From the NCBI RefSeq assembly GCF_009914755.1, contig NC_060925.1: a stretch of DNA of 64,000 nt; one strand, written 5' to 3'. Positions 44,991-58,705 of the stretch are shown here, in pieces. Both the position numbers and the translations under genes were made by a program. Under the pieces are notes generated by a model. The model was not told where the DNA came from, ran no database searches, and saw only the letters and a program-made list of their open reading frames with translations. The stretch is from the human T2T-CHM13v2.0 reference genome, Homo sapiens. Numbering within the stretch: the first letter of the stretch is position 1; each line of letters begins with the position of its first letter.

Positions 44991-46771
44991 TGAGAAGAAA
45001 AGCAATTCAAAACAATAAGCTAGGAGGACAGTAACTGGAAGGAGAAGTTGTTAAAGGGAGTGTTCTCCTAAACTGTCTACCTCATTTGTTTTCACTTGGA
45101 AGTCACATTTTAACTTGTTAATTTATCTACAAAATGAGAGTGTTATTTATGATAGGCAGACTTGATTTTTTTTTTTTCCAGTAAAGGAGAATATACCTGA
45201 GGAAACAGTCATGAAAAGAAATACTGGAAAAGGATTTTGGCAGGACTCATGTGCCACATGGCGTGGGCGTATTTACTTATTTTCATTCTATACTGTCCTC
45301 CCTCTAGACTGAAAGTGAGATAGGAATAGGAGACGTTTATGAATAGAGGTATATAAAACTACTGGTTCTGAAGTAGGAGAAAAGGAAGCAAAGGTCAAAT
45401 GGCTACCACATTTCAACCCATAAATTCTAAATACTGGTAGGAATGTGGAACCAAGCACAGTTTCAATCTAAATGTATCGAAATCACATATTTAAGTTCAA
45501 TTCACACTTCTATGTTATGTCATGAAAAAAGTTCTTGGGTTAAAATTATTATAATTGACATAGAGTTGAGTTGTGATTGCCAGAAGAAAATTTGACTGAA
45601 TGTTAAAAAGATTAGAGAGAATGGACTTCCTAATAAATATCTGTACTAAAATTGCACTTTGTTTCGTTTTGGCTTGCATAGTATCACTTCTGTTTTATAA
45701 AGCCAGATTTGCACTAGTGTAAGCACTCAATTTTTAGAATGAAATGTGTTGCCTCACAGTTATCTGTAGGGTAGATAGATCTTCTCTGTTAGCAGTCTAC
45801 TCCTAGAAGCAGCATCTCCACTTTGAATCCAGATATGCTTCCTTATACAAATAGTTGGAAGGAGAATTGGAGATCCTCTAATCTGGAATCTACAAAAAAG
45901 TTGTGGATTCCCTGACCTATGAACATGGAAAATTTTGCATTGGTTTAAAAACTGTGGTTGAGAAATTTGCCTTTTCTATACAAGTCTAGTAAGTTGGAGT
46001 GCAGAATGTGGGGAGATAGTTAAACTTTATTATTTTTTCAGAATATTTCACCATATGTTTTATTTCGACCTTACTTTGGTTTTTAAAAAATATTTGGTAT
46101 AATGAAGTGGGAATTAGAATATCATTATATAATCATACACACATCGTTATACAATAGAAAACTCATTAGGTAAACAGTGTTTTATTTTCACATGTTCCAC
46201 AGCTTATCTAACTACTATAGTTAATTAATGTATGATTATAAAGTTATAATAGGGACCCAACAGCAGAGAAAAATGTTGGGCATGGTGGTTCTAAAGAAAT
46301 TATTGTTGCTATACCCTAGTTAATTATCTTCATTTTGAATATTTGGTTTAGATTTACATATGAGATAGATTCTCCAGGGGTATCCCAGCTTAAAGTCTGA
46401 ACGTCCTTATTAGTATTTGGATATTTAGATCTATACCAACATTTTGAACAGTATTTAAATATATAAAATACTCAGCATTTTTTTTTTTACTATGGTTATC
46501 ACATGTGTTTTTGTATGTCTTTGAGCATCTTTTAGAACCTCATGATTATAATTTCGTAGTGGAAATGTACAGATTAAATCATTTCACAGCGTGTGCATTA
46601 CAAAAAATAGTTACTTTGTGATTCTTATGCAAAAGACTTGAAAGATACCTAATTAAATACATAACAGTTCAAGGAAACTGCTTTCAAATTATATTTCAGC
46701 TTATTCTGAATTTTTTTTCTGAGCCAATGCACTATCCTGAGAGGTCTCTAGTAGCATTTCTGAAAAGGATC

Positions 46772-47083
<312 letters not shown>

Positions 47084-47700
47084 TGAAAAGGATCTTTTAA
47101 GTTGGTTTCCTGAATCTCAAGTTACGGACCTTTCACTTCTAATCCCCCAAAATGAAGTCCTTTACAGTCTTTTATCTTGATGTTTATGTGGTCATTGCTG
47201 TGCTTCTGAAGCATGTTTCAAATAAATGGTAATTTGCCTCCATAGAGACCACTCTAAGCTGCTGATGTCATCAGTTGTTCTTAATAACCATAATTACTGA
47301 GCAATATAGAATCGCTATCTAAAAACTTAGCAGTGTTGAACAAGTTAAAAGGGATTTTTTCCCCACTATATTGTGTGTGTGCTGAGCACACTACAAATAA
47401 ATATTCTCCTGTAATGTTTTTAGAGGAAGAAATAGTTCAGTCTCTTAAGTGCCCTAAAAGAAGATACAACATAGTTTTCCTATACTATGATGCCAAAGTG
47501 ATAATTTTGGCTACCAGAACTCTTAACCAGTTATTAATGTTGTTGATATGAATTATTTATTTCTGAGGAGTAACAACATCAACAATTGATATTTCTTAAT
47601 TAAAATAGTTACTTATCTAAGTAATCTTATTTTTGTCTTTGTAGTCAGATTATTTCTAAGATTGTATATTAAGTAGGAACTTCATATAAAAAGAAACCTC

Positions 47701-47975
47701 AGCGGGCACAGTGGCCCATACCTGTAATCCCAACACTTTGGAGTGCTGAGGAAGCAGGATCACTTGAGGCCAGGAGTTCAAGACCAGCCTGGACAACATA
47801 GTGAGACTCCATCTCTAGAAAAAATAAAGAAGTTGGGCATGGTGACACACACCTGCAATCCTAGCTACTTGGGAGGCTGAGGCAGGAGATTCACTTGAGC
47901 CCAGAAGTTTGAGACCACAGTGAGCTATGAAGGTGCCACCACGCTACCGTGGGTGATAGAGCAAGACCCTGTCTA
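47701..47975 (+). mobile_element. Alu (AluJ-like, diverged)
   Basis: ggatcacttgaggccaggagttcaagacc and cagtgagctatga. Confidence 0.85.
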
Positions 47976-48630
47976 TGGAAAGGATGGAGTGGGGGAGGAA
48001 AAGTCCGTAACTAGAGAAAAAATTAAGCTTATTGTTTTCAGTTCATCATCTGTAAAATGGAGATGACAATACTGATTACAAAGATTTTTTTAAAGGAATG
48101 TATATATCTTGGCACACATTTATAATTGATGTATATTCATAGTAATGCTCAATAAATTATAGTTATTAATATGATAGCTTTCTACATAAAGCTATTTGTG
48201 TGTTTACTTGAAGTTCTAAACCTTAAGGGTTTTAAATAAAAATCTACCTTTTAAGTAACATATCTGTGCATTATGTAAATAAGACTTTGAAAAATACAAT
48301 TTTTAGAATGTGTTTGCTGATCCAACCTCTGACAGAGAAGTTGGGAACATTTAAATAGTTACAATTTTTTTTCAAATAAAGTAAAAATATTTAATTTTTA
48401 AAATCATTAAAGTAGGTTTTTCTTAAGACATTTGTAGTTTAGAATATGCATTTTATCACAAAGAGTGAATGCATTCATTAGTAGTCCAGGAATCCTAATT
48501 CCTGAGAAAATGTAACCTGATAGGTTGTATATGACCAAGCAAACTAGAATTAAAGAAGACAGTGAAATGGAAAAAGGCTAGGAGATGAATTTAAACCTTG
48601 GAATATATACTGTCACTAATACTGCAGTTG

Positions 48631-48937
48631 GGCCAAGTGCGGTGGCTCACACCTGTACTCCCAGCACTTTGAGAGGCCAAGGCAGACGGATTGCTTGAGC
48701 CCAGGAGTTAAAGACCAGCCTGGGCAACATGGCAAAACCCTGTTTCTACAAAAGTTACTACAAATTAGCCAGGTGTGATGGCATGTGCCTATAGTCCCAG
48801 CTACTCAGGAGGCTGAGGTGGGAGAATCACCTTAGCCTGGGAAATTGAGGATGCAGCGAGCCATGATTTCGCCACTGCACTCCAACCTGGACGACGGAGT
48901 GAGACTCTGTCTCAAAACAAAAACAAAAACAAAACAA
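48631..48937 (+). mobile_element. Alu (AluJb-like)
   Basis: ggattgcttgagcccaggag; (CAAAAA)n tail. Confidence 0.88.
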
Positions 48938-49216
48938 CCTGGAGTTGAAGAAACCAGGTTCTTCATTGTGTTGTCTTTCTGCCAGAGACACTGTTTACTT
49001 AAGTGTAGGCTACGAGGAAATAACTACACTCAGGGACCTGAAGTTTTTGTGACTAACAGAAGAGTTCATGTTATTTTTATAGTAATAGGCTAGTTTTACA
49101 CAAGGCTGATGAATTCATTAACAACTTAAATGAACAAATTCTATCAACTATAATCAATCATTTTATGATTAAATGAATATTACCAATATTTGACATGTTT
49201 TGTAATATGTAGATTA

Positions 49217-49594
<378 letters not shown>

Positions 49595-50564
49595 TTATCA
49601 TTAACCATCTTAGAAAGCTTCTTGCCTTTGGTGGGGAACCTGTATAAATGTTTTCTGCTCTGTTCTGATCTCTTAATAGTTTGTGTAATATATTCCTATA
49701 GTCATAGCATGTAGATATCTATAACTGTCTCTTAAATTTTCCTGAAAAGGAAAGTTTTCATATATCATTTAAATTCCACAAGGCTTCTCATAACTTAAGA
49801 AGTCTTAACTATAACCAAGGTGGATCTGAGAAATTCAGTCTTACACTTCTCTCACATCTGCTTTTGTTTTCTCTACTGTCTTTACCTTAAAAGAAAAATA
49901 AACAGCAAAACATTTATAAAATATTAAGAGAGAAAATGAAAAAACTAGCCCGAACTCAGTCTCTCAGTTTCCTTAATCATCCAATCATCCAATCTTTAGC
50001 TGTCTGTTTCATCTATTGCAGAAGCCTAAAGACAGCAGTGATGAAACAAAAATCTCAGTAACATAACTAAAGAATAAGAGGAAACTGTGGACAAATGACT
50101 AGCAAACAGCAAGTTTTTGAAAGAGGGTCAAGGATAGGGCAGATGTTTCCTTAATACATTTCTGTAAGCTAAAGGTCTATTAATTCAGTTATTTATCAGA
50201 ATGCCATTTGGTAAAATACCTCCTCTAAAACACTGAATGTAATACTAAATCTTTGACAGTTGGAATGGGTTATTAGTTTATTTCCAGGAGTTGTTTAAAA
50301 GACATAATCATAACAAAAATAGTACAGAAACAAAGTGACTTTACCATTTGGGATGTCAGGTTTATAATTCACATTATTTTCAAATAGCAATTCTGTAGGA
50401 CAGGATTTTTCATGAGTTGGAAGTTAAGACAGAGGAATTGATACTAAGTTTTGTTATCAGCTTGACTCTTGTGGAATACTTTTCTACTGCATTTCTGTAT
50501 TTGAAGTCTTGTTAATTGTCCTCTCACAGAATAAAGGCTAGAAGAGAGGTTCTATGAGATTCTC

Positions 50565-50658
50565 CCCCCCCTTTTTTTTTTTTTTTTTGAGATGAGGTCT
50601 CACCCAGACTCGACTCGAACTCCTGGGCTTAAGGGTTCCTCCCACCACTGAGCCCCGC
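50565..50658 (-). mobile_element. Short Alu/FLAM monomer fragment with internal deletions
   Basis: T-tail, gagatgaggtctcac, ctcgaactcctgggcttaag; TSD tgagattctc. Confidence 0.7.
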
Positions 50659-51824
50659 TGAGATTCTCTTAATGTGTGCTCCAACATCTTCAAGAGGAAT
50701 GAAAAAAGATATAAGTCCTTCATTGCAATAGAAAGTAGATCCAATAATAAAAAAAAATCCTAAGTATATTTGCTTTTATGAAATTGTGATTGTCTTTGTT
50801 ATTTTTCAAGAGAAGTTTATTTTTAGTATTAAATCAGTCCTTGAACTGGTATCAAGGAAAAAGATATCTCACAGAAGAGTTTTCTTTCTGCAAGCAACTG
50901 GCAGAAATGTGACATGTTTGATTATGTATCCATTTGTATTCCCTATGTATTTTAATGTTTCCCAAACTGTTGTTCATCATAAAATGAAAAATATGTAAAG
51001 CTCTGTTTAATTATGTCTTTGCATATCCATGTACTCTTTTTTTTTGGCAGGTGGGGAAGGTAGCTTTAAATACTCTATTAATTTGTGTAGGCTTTCTTGA
51101 TTTTGTCATTTAAAAAAGATTTCATACATTGAGATAGATGTGTATTATAGACATCATCTATAGGCTCTTAAAATGAAATTGCTGTTTCCACAATTAAACA
51201 AATTCCTTGCAAGATTAGTCAGGAAGAGAAACGGAAATATACCAAAATATAACAAAGTATATTTTAGAAAATATCAAAGCACTATAAATACCACCCTCTT
51301 CTCCATCAGGTGCAGACTGTGATTCCTCCCTAAATTATAGATCTGTGAGTTTGAAAGAACAGAAGGAATTTGATAACATTTCATTGCAGCAAAGTTTTTG
51401 CCAAACCGCTTTTCACAGAGCCCTTGTATCTTACATCTCAGTGTTTCTGAAAGAGCCAAAATTAGTTCTTATTGATGCTCAAGCAACTGAGGAATTATGA
51501 GCATTCCATTAAATAAGGGTACCAGTTTGTAACTATGTCATTGCATGTTAATACTTTTTGATTCCCCTAATGACTAAATATGGTTCTCAATGTGTGTGAT
51601 TTCCATCTGAATCAAAGGGAGTCATGTACACAAAGCTAGAACTTGATGTAGTGCTACTTTGAAATATAAAAGAGTATTTCCACAACACATGCCTTCAAAC
51701 TTTAAATGAAACCCATAACAGATGTGAAAAAAGAATTATGACAAGGACAACCTAATATAAGTTTTATAAATTTTAGGAAATGTCATCTTTTTACTGGTTT
51801 CAGAGACTTTTTCAAATGTTTTAA

Positions 51825-51956
<132 letters not shown>

Positions 51957-52059
51957 TAAGTTAATATTTTTGTAAAGATGTTCTTAGCCATTTTGTAGGA
52001 TTGTATTAGATTTTAATTTTTAACACTTCGTCATCTTTATGTTTTGTTTTGCTATAAGG

Positions 52060-52210
52060 TATTGGTTTTCAAACTTGAGTGTGCTTCAGAATCACTGGGA
52101 GAGCTTGTTAAGATGCATATTACTGGACCCCACTCTCAGAATTAGGTTTGGAGTGGGGGTCTGAGAATTTGCATTTTTAAAAACTTTCCAGATGATGCCG
52201 GTGCTGCTCA
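52060..52210. mobile_element. MER5A (hAT-Charlie)
   Basis: ttttcaaacttgagtgtgcttcagaatcactgggagagcttgttaa and agaatttgcatttttaaaaactttccagatgatgccggtgctgct. Confidence 0.75.
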
Positions 52211-53019
52211 TCCTAGAATATTTCTTCTGATAGAAAATGCAAAAGATAATACTAATAATAATAATTAAAATTAGTGCAAAAATATAAACATTTTGGGACT
52301 TTTTGCAGTCGTGGTCCTAGGTAGGTGTATATGTATGATTTTTGTTTTGAGTTTTAGAATATAATTTTAGTGATACTAAATATACTGTATTCTCCCCTGC
52401 ATTTGTTTGACTTTATAATAAATATTCCCATGTTACTACTTAGTTTTAATAAATATTATTTTACTAGCTGTGTAATAGTCCATCAAGTAGATGTTCTATA
52501 GTTTACTTAGCCATTTTCATTTAATTGGGCAGTAAATTTGTTTACCATTTTTTACCAAATAAGGCTTTAATGAATATCTTTGCTTATAAAGCCTTTTCCT
52601 GCCTTCAAGATTATTTGAGAGATATTTCTGAAATGAACTATATCTAGATTAAAAGATATTGCCAAATTATTTCCAAAAGAATCTTTACTTACTATAGTCC
52701 TACTAGACACATGTAGAAGTATACGATTTACTGTCTCCAGGCTAGTGTTCAATATATTTATTTATTTTTAACTTCTATATTTGATTTAAAAATACTTTTA
52801 GTATTTAATTGATTATTAGTAAGGTTGAACTTTTTCTTTATTTAATGGTCATATAGCTTCTCTTTAATAATGTTTCTGATCATATTTATTGCTCATTAAT
52901 CTAATGAAACTTTACATTTGAGAAAAGCAAGTTATGTAAGCTTTTTATACTCTTTCCCACTATCTCATGACCATTTGAATGAGAGAGCATACAAAATTTT
53001 TAAACTTAGGAATAGTAAT

Positions 53020-53280
53020 CTATTAGTTAATATATTGATATAGTATTTCTTAATATATAATATAGTTGTATAATATTTGTTAATATATAATTATACCAAT
53101 TGTTTAATGACAATATATTAATTATTCATAATTAATATATTAATATATTAATATATTAAATATTTAATTGTATATTAATATATGATCATGTTATCTGTTA
53201 CTATAATATATGTAATATAATATAGTTATGTATTGTCTTAATATGTAATGAATTATATGTTGATATGTGATATTACTTTT
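53020..53280. repeat. AT-rich low-complexity tract including (TAATATAT)n
   Basis: Seen directly. Confidence 0.8.
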
Positions 53281-53354
53281 ATTTAAATTCACTGGTTTCC
53301 ATTTGTGTTTATGTATGTGTGTATTTTATATTAAAATATTTGATTAAGTAGGAT

Positions 53355-54010
53355 CTTAAAATACTATTGGATATCTTCTATGTTCCGGGGACTATTCTAG
53401 ACATTGGAAATACATCAGTGAAATAAAGTACTTAAAACCCCTGCCTTATTGGAACTTACATTCTAGATGGAGGAAGTTTATTATAAACATAATTAATAAG
53501 TGTACCATATAGTATGTTAGAAGGACAATGGAGGAAAATAGAGCAGGTAAAAGTGATTGGGAAACCTAGGCATCATTGAGAAGGTGACATTTGGGCAAAA
53601 TGTCACTTGAAGAGTGAGAAGGAGTGAGCCACGTATTTATATCTAGGGGAAGAGCATTTGGGGCAGAGAGAAAACCAGTACAAAGACTCTGAAGCAGAAG
53701 CATCAGACCTAGTATGTTCAAGGATCTTAAGAAGACCAGTGTAGCGGGAGTGGAGTGACCAGTGGAGAGAAGAGTAGTAGATAAGGTCAGCCAGGAAATT
53801 GAGGAGGATATTTAAAAGGAAAAGGTTATTTCTGGTTATTGTGTTGAGCATATGCCATCAGTAGAAACCAGAAGAACAGTTAAAAAGCTATGGCAGTAAG
53901 AAAGGTGAGAGGTGGTGGTGGCTTAGACAAGGATGGGAGCAGTGGAGGTGGTTTAAAAAAAAAAAAAGTGATGGGATTCTAGATATATATTTGAAGGTGC
54001 AGCCAGTAGG
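53355..54010 (-). mobile_element. L2a-like relic
   Basis: ctatgttccggggactattctagacattgg, ccctgccttattggaacttacattctag and ttgagaaggtgacatttgggcaaa. Confidence 0.7.
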
Positions 54011-54689
54011 ACTTTATAAGTCTTAGTGCCTGACCATTTAAAAATTGTGATGTTTGTGGCCCTTTTTCTTAATACATAATTTAAGATGACAGTAGGTCAT
54101 CGTACTTATCACGTCTTTTCCATTCTCATGTTTCTGTACACAAGGAGCTGGCATCTTCTGAAGAATCTTATCTAAACTTTTTGGGCTTTTTTTTTTTTTA
54201 GAGAAAATCATTAGTCCCATTCTTCTTTTGAATGCTACTTTTCCTTCTCTAAAAACTGACCATGAATTATATTCTCATTCATCAATTTCTTATTTCTTTG
54301 TCAGAAAAGCAGTTAGCATTTTTTATTATTATGCAAGTATTCAACATTCATTGTAAAAAAAAAAAAAAAACCAAACAGGCAGAACTTAAAAAAAAAAAGT
54401 ATACAGACTTTTTCATCTATATCAGGATTGTCTCTTGCTTTTATTTTAGTTTCTTTGGCAACAGATGAGGCAATAGAACATGCTAAGAGCTTGGACTGAA
54501 ATTGACAAGTTTTTGAATCTCTCTAAATCTCAGTTTTCTCCCTTGAAAACGGGCATGTTTAATAGAACCTACTTCATAGGTTTAGTATGAAGATTTAATG
54601 AGATCATGCAGAGAAAGTACGTAGCACTTACTAGCACATTGATTGGCACCTGAGAAGGCCCTCATTGATTGTTAGCTACAGTTCTCATC

Positions 54690-55260
54690 TTTTGTAAATT
54701 GTCTTTCAGATACTTTGCCCAGTTTTCTATGGTGTTTATCTTTTTCTTATTGCGTTATTAGAGCTATTTATTTATTATAGAATTAAATGAGGATTATACC
54801 ATTTGTCTTTCATTTGTTGCAAATATTTTTCCCAATTTGGTGTTTGTTTTTCAGTTTACTTACAGTGGTTTTGCCTTATGGTTTCTGCCTGTGATAGCAT
54901 GCATAGGAAAGCCTTGTTATTCCTAGAATTAAGGGAAAAGGTTCTTATATTCCTCTCATATTTTCTATAATTTAGTATCAAAAACTGTATATTCCTTCTA
55001 GAATTTATTTTCCCATAAAGTATAACGTGAAGCCATAGCTTTGGTTTTACCACATGGCTGTTTTCTTGTCTCATTACCATTTATTGAATAATCTTTTTAT
55101 TTCTGTGTGATTTAAAATGCCATATTAACGTATGTTAAATATATTTACTCGGTTGCTGTGTCTTTTCCACTAATATGTCTCTATTCCTACTCAGTACCAT
55201 AATATTTTAATTACTATAATGTATACACTAAGCGTTTTATTCATGCCTGAATCATAGCTT
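54690..55260 (-). mobile_element. Very old L1 (L1ME-like) relic
   Basis: tactttgcccagttttcta, gttgcaaatattttttccca and ccatttattgaataatc. Confidence 0.55.
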
Positions 55261-55356
55261 TCTCAATGGAAAAAATAAATATATATATACCACCTTAGCT
55301 TTTTTTTGCCAAAATAGCTATATATTCCTTTCTGGTTTAAAAGAAATACATGTTTG

Positions 55357-55359
<3 letters not shown>

Positions 55360-55398
<39 letters not shown>
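55360..55398. repeat. (CA)n microsatellite
   Basis: About 19-20 uninterrupted CA units. Confidence 0.95.
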
Positions 55399-55401
<3 letters not shown>

Positions 55402-56489
55402 TTCAGTATAAAAAATTTACCTGCAGTAATTCTACTGACATGACACTCAACACTGATGCATAGCCTTCCTGACATTTTTCTCTGCATATATACACCCATA
55501 TGAATATACAGTTTTAGTTAAATAATATTATATATGTACTCTCTTTTTTTTAAAAAGTCAATTTGACTTCTGCAGTCAGCCTAAAAGAGTTTTTGTCATG
55601 GCAAAAAGTCCATGATCGTTTGTATTGTTTATTGAGTTACTGGTATTTGTCTATAATTAATGTTTTTTTAAGTTACTGTAAATCTTACTTTTTTTCTTGT
55701 TCACATTTATTTTAAACTTAAAGAATTGTTGCATTTCTATGAACTTAATTTAAATCTCAGTCAGATTGTTATACATGTCCTCTTTCTCATTCAGTCCTCT
55801 TGTTACACATATGCCATGATTTGTCACAGAATACTTATTGAAAATTATTTCTTTAAAAATTGGCCTCGTATTCCGCTATAGCTAGAAATGCTAATAGAAC
55901 TATAGTCATCATCAGGTGAGTATTAAAACTGAAGCAGAAAATATTACCCTGTCCTTCTACAGAACTATGATGCTCAGTCACCTGCCATGTTTGAACAGCA
56001 GATCAGAACTGGAAGTGATCCACAGGGAGCAGTTCAAAAGACCAAAGAACTGGCCAGGCTTTTGTTCAAATACTAATTTTAAAGTAGCCTGGAATAACAG
56101 AGTCTAGAAGGGCATATGATAAAAATCTGTATAACCATTAAGGTTTTGGATATGGTGAACCATCTGTAGTGAAGACAAGAAAGGAGACAATGTAGTTCAC
56201 TTAAAATTCAATAGAGAGACATGTAGAAATACATACTAGATAATGAAAGGATCCAAACAGTGAAGAAGCAGTCCCTTTATATTTTTGAATTTTTTTTCAA
56301 GAGTAAAGTGTGTTATGATAGTCATCTTGATTTGTTTGAAATGATGTTTACAAATGCTATTAAAATTATAAATCCTACATTTTACTTGTGAATTTTTTGG
56401 TCTACCTTTCTAGTTGTAAAATATAAAAATCCTAAAAGATCATATTGATTAACTTCTTGGTGGAATCACTTATCTTGTTTTGATGATAG

Positions 56490-56605
56490 GAGCAGTATAG
56501 CATCAAGTTCTAGAGGAATTGGGAGCCATTGCAAATCTGAGGGTCAGGAGGAATCTTTCGTCCCACAGAGCTCAGTGCAACCACCAGAAGGAGACAGTGA
56601 AACAA
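56490..56605 (+). CDS. DCAF6: DCAF6 exon (~14): (W)[38 protein letters not shown](K)
   Basis: cttgttttgatgatag| acceptor, |gtaagg donor, 116 nt, phase 2-1. Confidence 0.93.
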
Positions 56606-57735
56606 GTAAGGTGTTATTTTGCTTTTGTTGTTATAAAATTGCAGCATTGGATGTTTATCTACTTTCCTGTTCCCTTCGATGCTGTATTTTGTTTCTTGTT
56701 TTTAATAAATTACTTTTGCTTCTATAGTCCAGCTGTTAAACTGATAGATAGCAAATCCAAAAGATGGGGACCTTAAGCAGTTAAAATGAGGAGACACAGT
56801 GAAGCACAATCCTCTTTGTGGACACAGTGGCCAGGATAGTTGTTCATCATACTATAAATGGATGAGATATAAATGTTAGTTTGAATTAGTCTTTATCATT
56901 TTTATACCTAGCAATGAAATCCACTGTATTTGTTTTGGTTGTATATGTGGTTTATAGAGGGGGAAAAAGGAATAGAATCTAAACAAGTTACGAGTGAATC
57001 TATTTAATACCTGAAGTGCCACTTAAGGGATTTTTCAGAACCCTTTTCTAATAGAATATTTTTATATGACAATTACATGAAATTTAATGTCTAGCACAGA
57101 GACTAGAACACAGTAGATGTTCAATAAATGCTTGATTAATGAAGGAATAAATGAATTATATTTCTTATAAATGTGTAGGTACCTTAGTATAACAGAGTTT
57201 AAAATTAAGTATGTGTAAGACAGCTATCTGGTAAGCAAATGTCCAGTAAGGAACATTAAAGACTGATCCTTCATGCATCTGACAGTTAAATTCCAGAATT
57301 AAGTATTTTCAGTGGCCAAAACAGAATTTATAGTATGGTCAGCTTAACTACTTGTTCATGATAGTTTAGATTTTACCAAATACATGATAGAGGGGCAGAA
57401 AAATGCTCAGTTTTAAGTTTAGATTTCGGGAAGGTTAGTAAAATGCAGGATCAGGTAATTTCAGCTGTAAGGGATAGTCTAAAGCAGAGATTCTGCACAT
57501 AGAGTTCATGAAGCTCAATTCCTGGGCTTCAGGAAGAAGCAGTGGGCCCATCCGTCCATGATAGTGTTTGTACAATTTTGTGTGCAAATACATATTTGCC
57601 TTGTACTGAGGGGAGGTTTTAGCTGAATGTCAAAGGTTCCTATGACTCAGAAAGGGTTAAGAACCATTTATCCATAGGAAAGCTGGAGTATTAAGTTGAT
57701 GTTTACTTTTCTAAAAAAATCTGGATTTAATGATA

Positions 57736-58030
57736 CATTTGGCCCTACATGCCCATGGATTCCATGGAAATACTCCCTCCCAAAATAACAATATGACAAT
57801 AAAAAGGAACATAGATTTAAAAACAATAACAGCGTAGCAACCGCTTACATAGCATTTACATTGCATTAGGTATTATAAGTAATATAGAGATAATTTACAG
57901 TATAAGGAAGGGTATGCATAGGTTATATGCAAATATTATGCCATTATATATGAGGGACTTGAGGAGCTGCAGATTTTGGTATTTTCAGCGATTTTAGAAC
58001 TAATCCCTCATGGATACCAAGGGATGACTG
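57736..58030 (-). mobile_element. MER2 (TcMar-Tigger non-autonomous element)
   Basis: TA at both flanks (57734-35 and 58031-32); ends catttggccct.. and ..ggataccaagggatgactg; internal tacatagcatttacattgcattaggtattataagtaat and cataggttatatgcaaata. Confidence 0.85.
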
Positions 58031-58049
58031 TAATTTGGTTTACTTACAG

Positions 58050-58136
58050 AAGCTCCTGAAGAATCATCAGAGGATGTGACAAAATATCAGGAAGGAGTAT
58101 CTGCAGAAAACCCAGTTGAGAACCATATCAATATAA
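58050..58136 (+). CDS. DCAF6: DCAF6 exon (~15): (K)[28 protein letters not shown](T)
   Basis: tttacttacag|AAG acceptor (NAGNAG), |gtgagt donor, 87 nt, phase 1-1. Confidence 0.93.
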
Positions 58137-58309
58137 GTGAGTTGCTCCCTTTAGATAATTGCTTTGTATGGGAAAATAAAAAGCCTTAATCTATGTTAAT
58201 CTCTCTATAGTTAGAGGCCATGTTCAAGTGTATTGTGGAAGTTTCCTCCCCTTATAGAGGAATTAGACATCATATTAGAATGTGTTTGTGAGCTCCTAAG
58301 TTAGGTTAA

Positions 58310-58705
<396 letters not shown>

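Noticed and set aside
53020-53280. Palindromic AT-rich tract as a possible PATRR-like cruciform
   Set aside because: Only short local palindromes and no long perfect arm; ordinary low complexity
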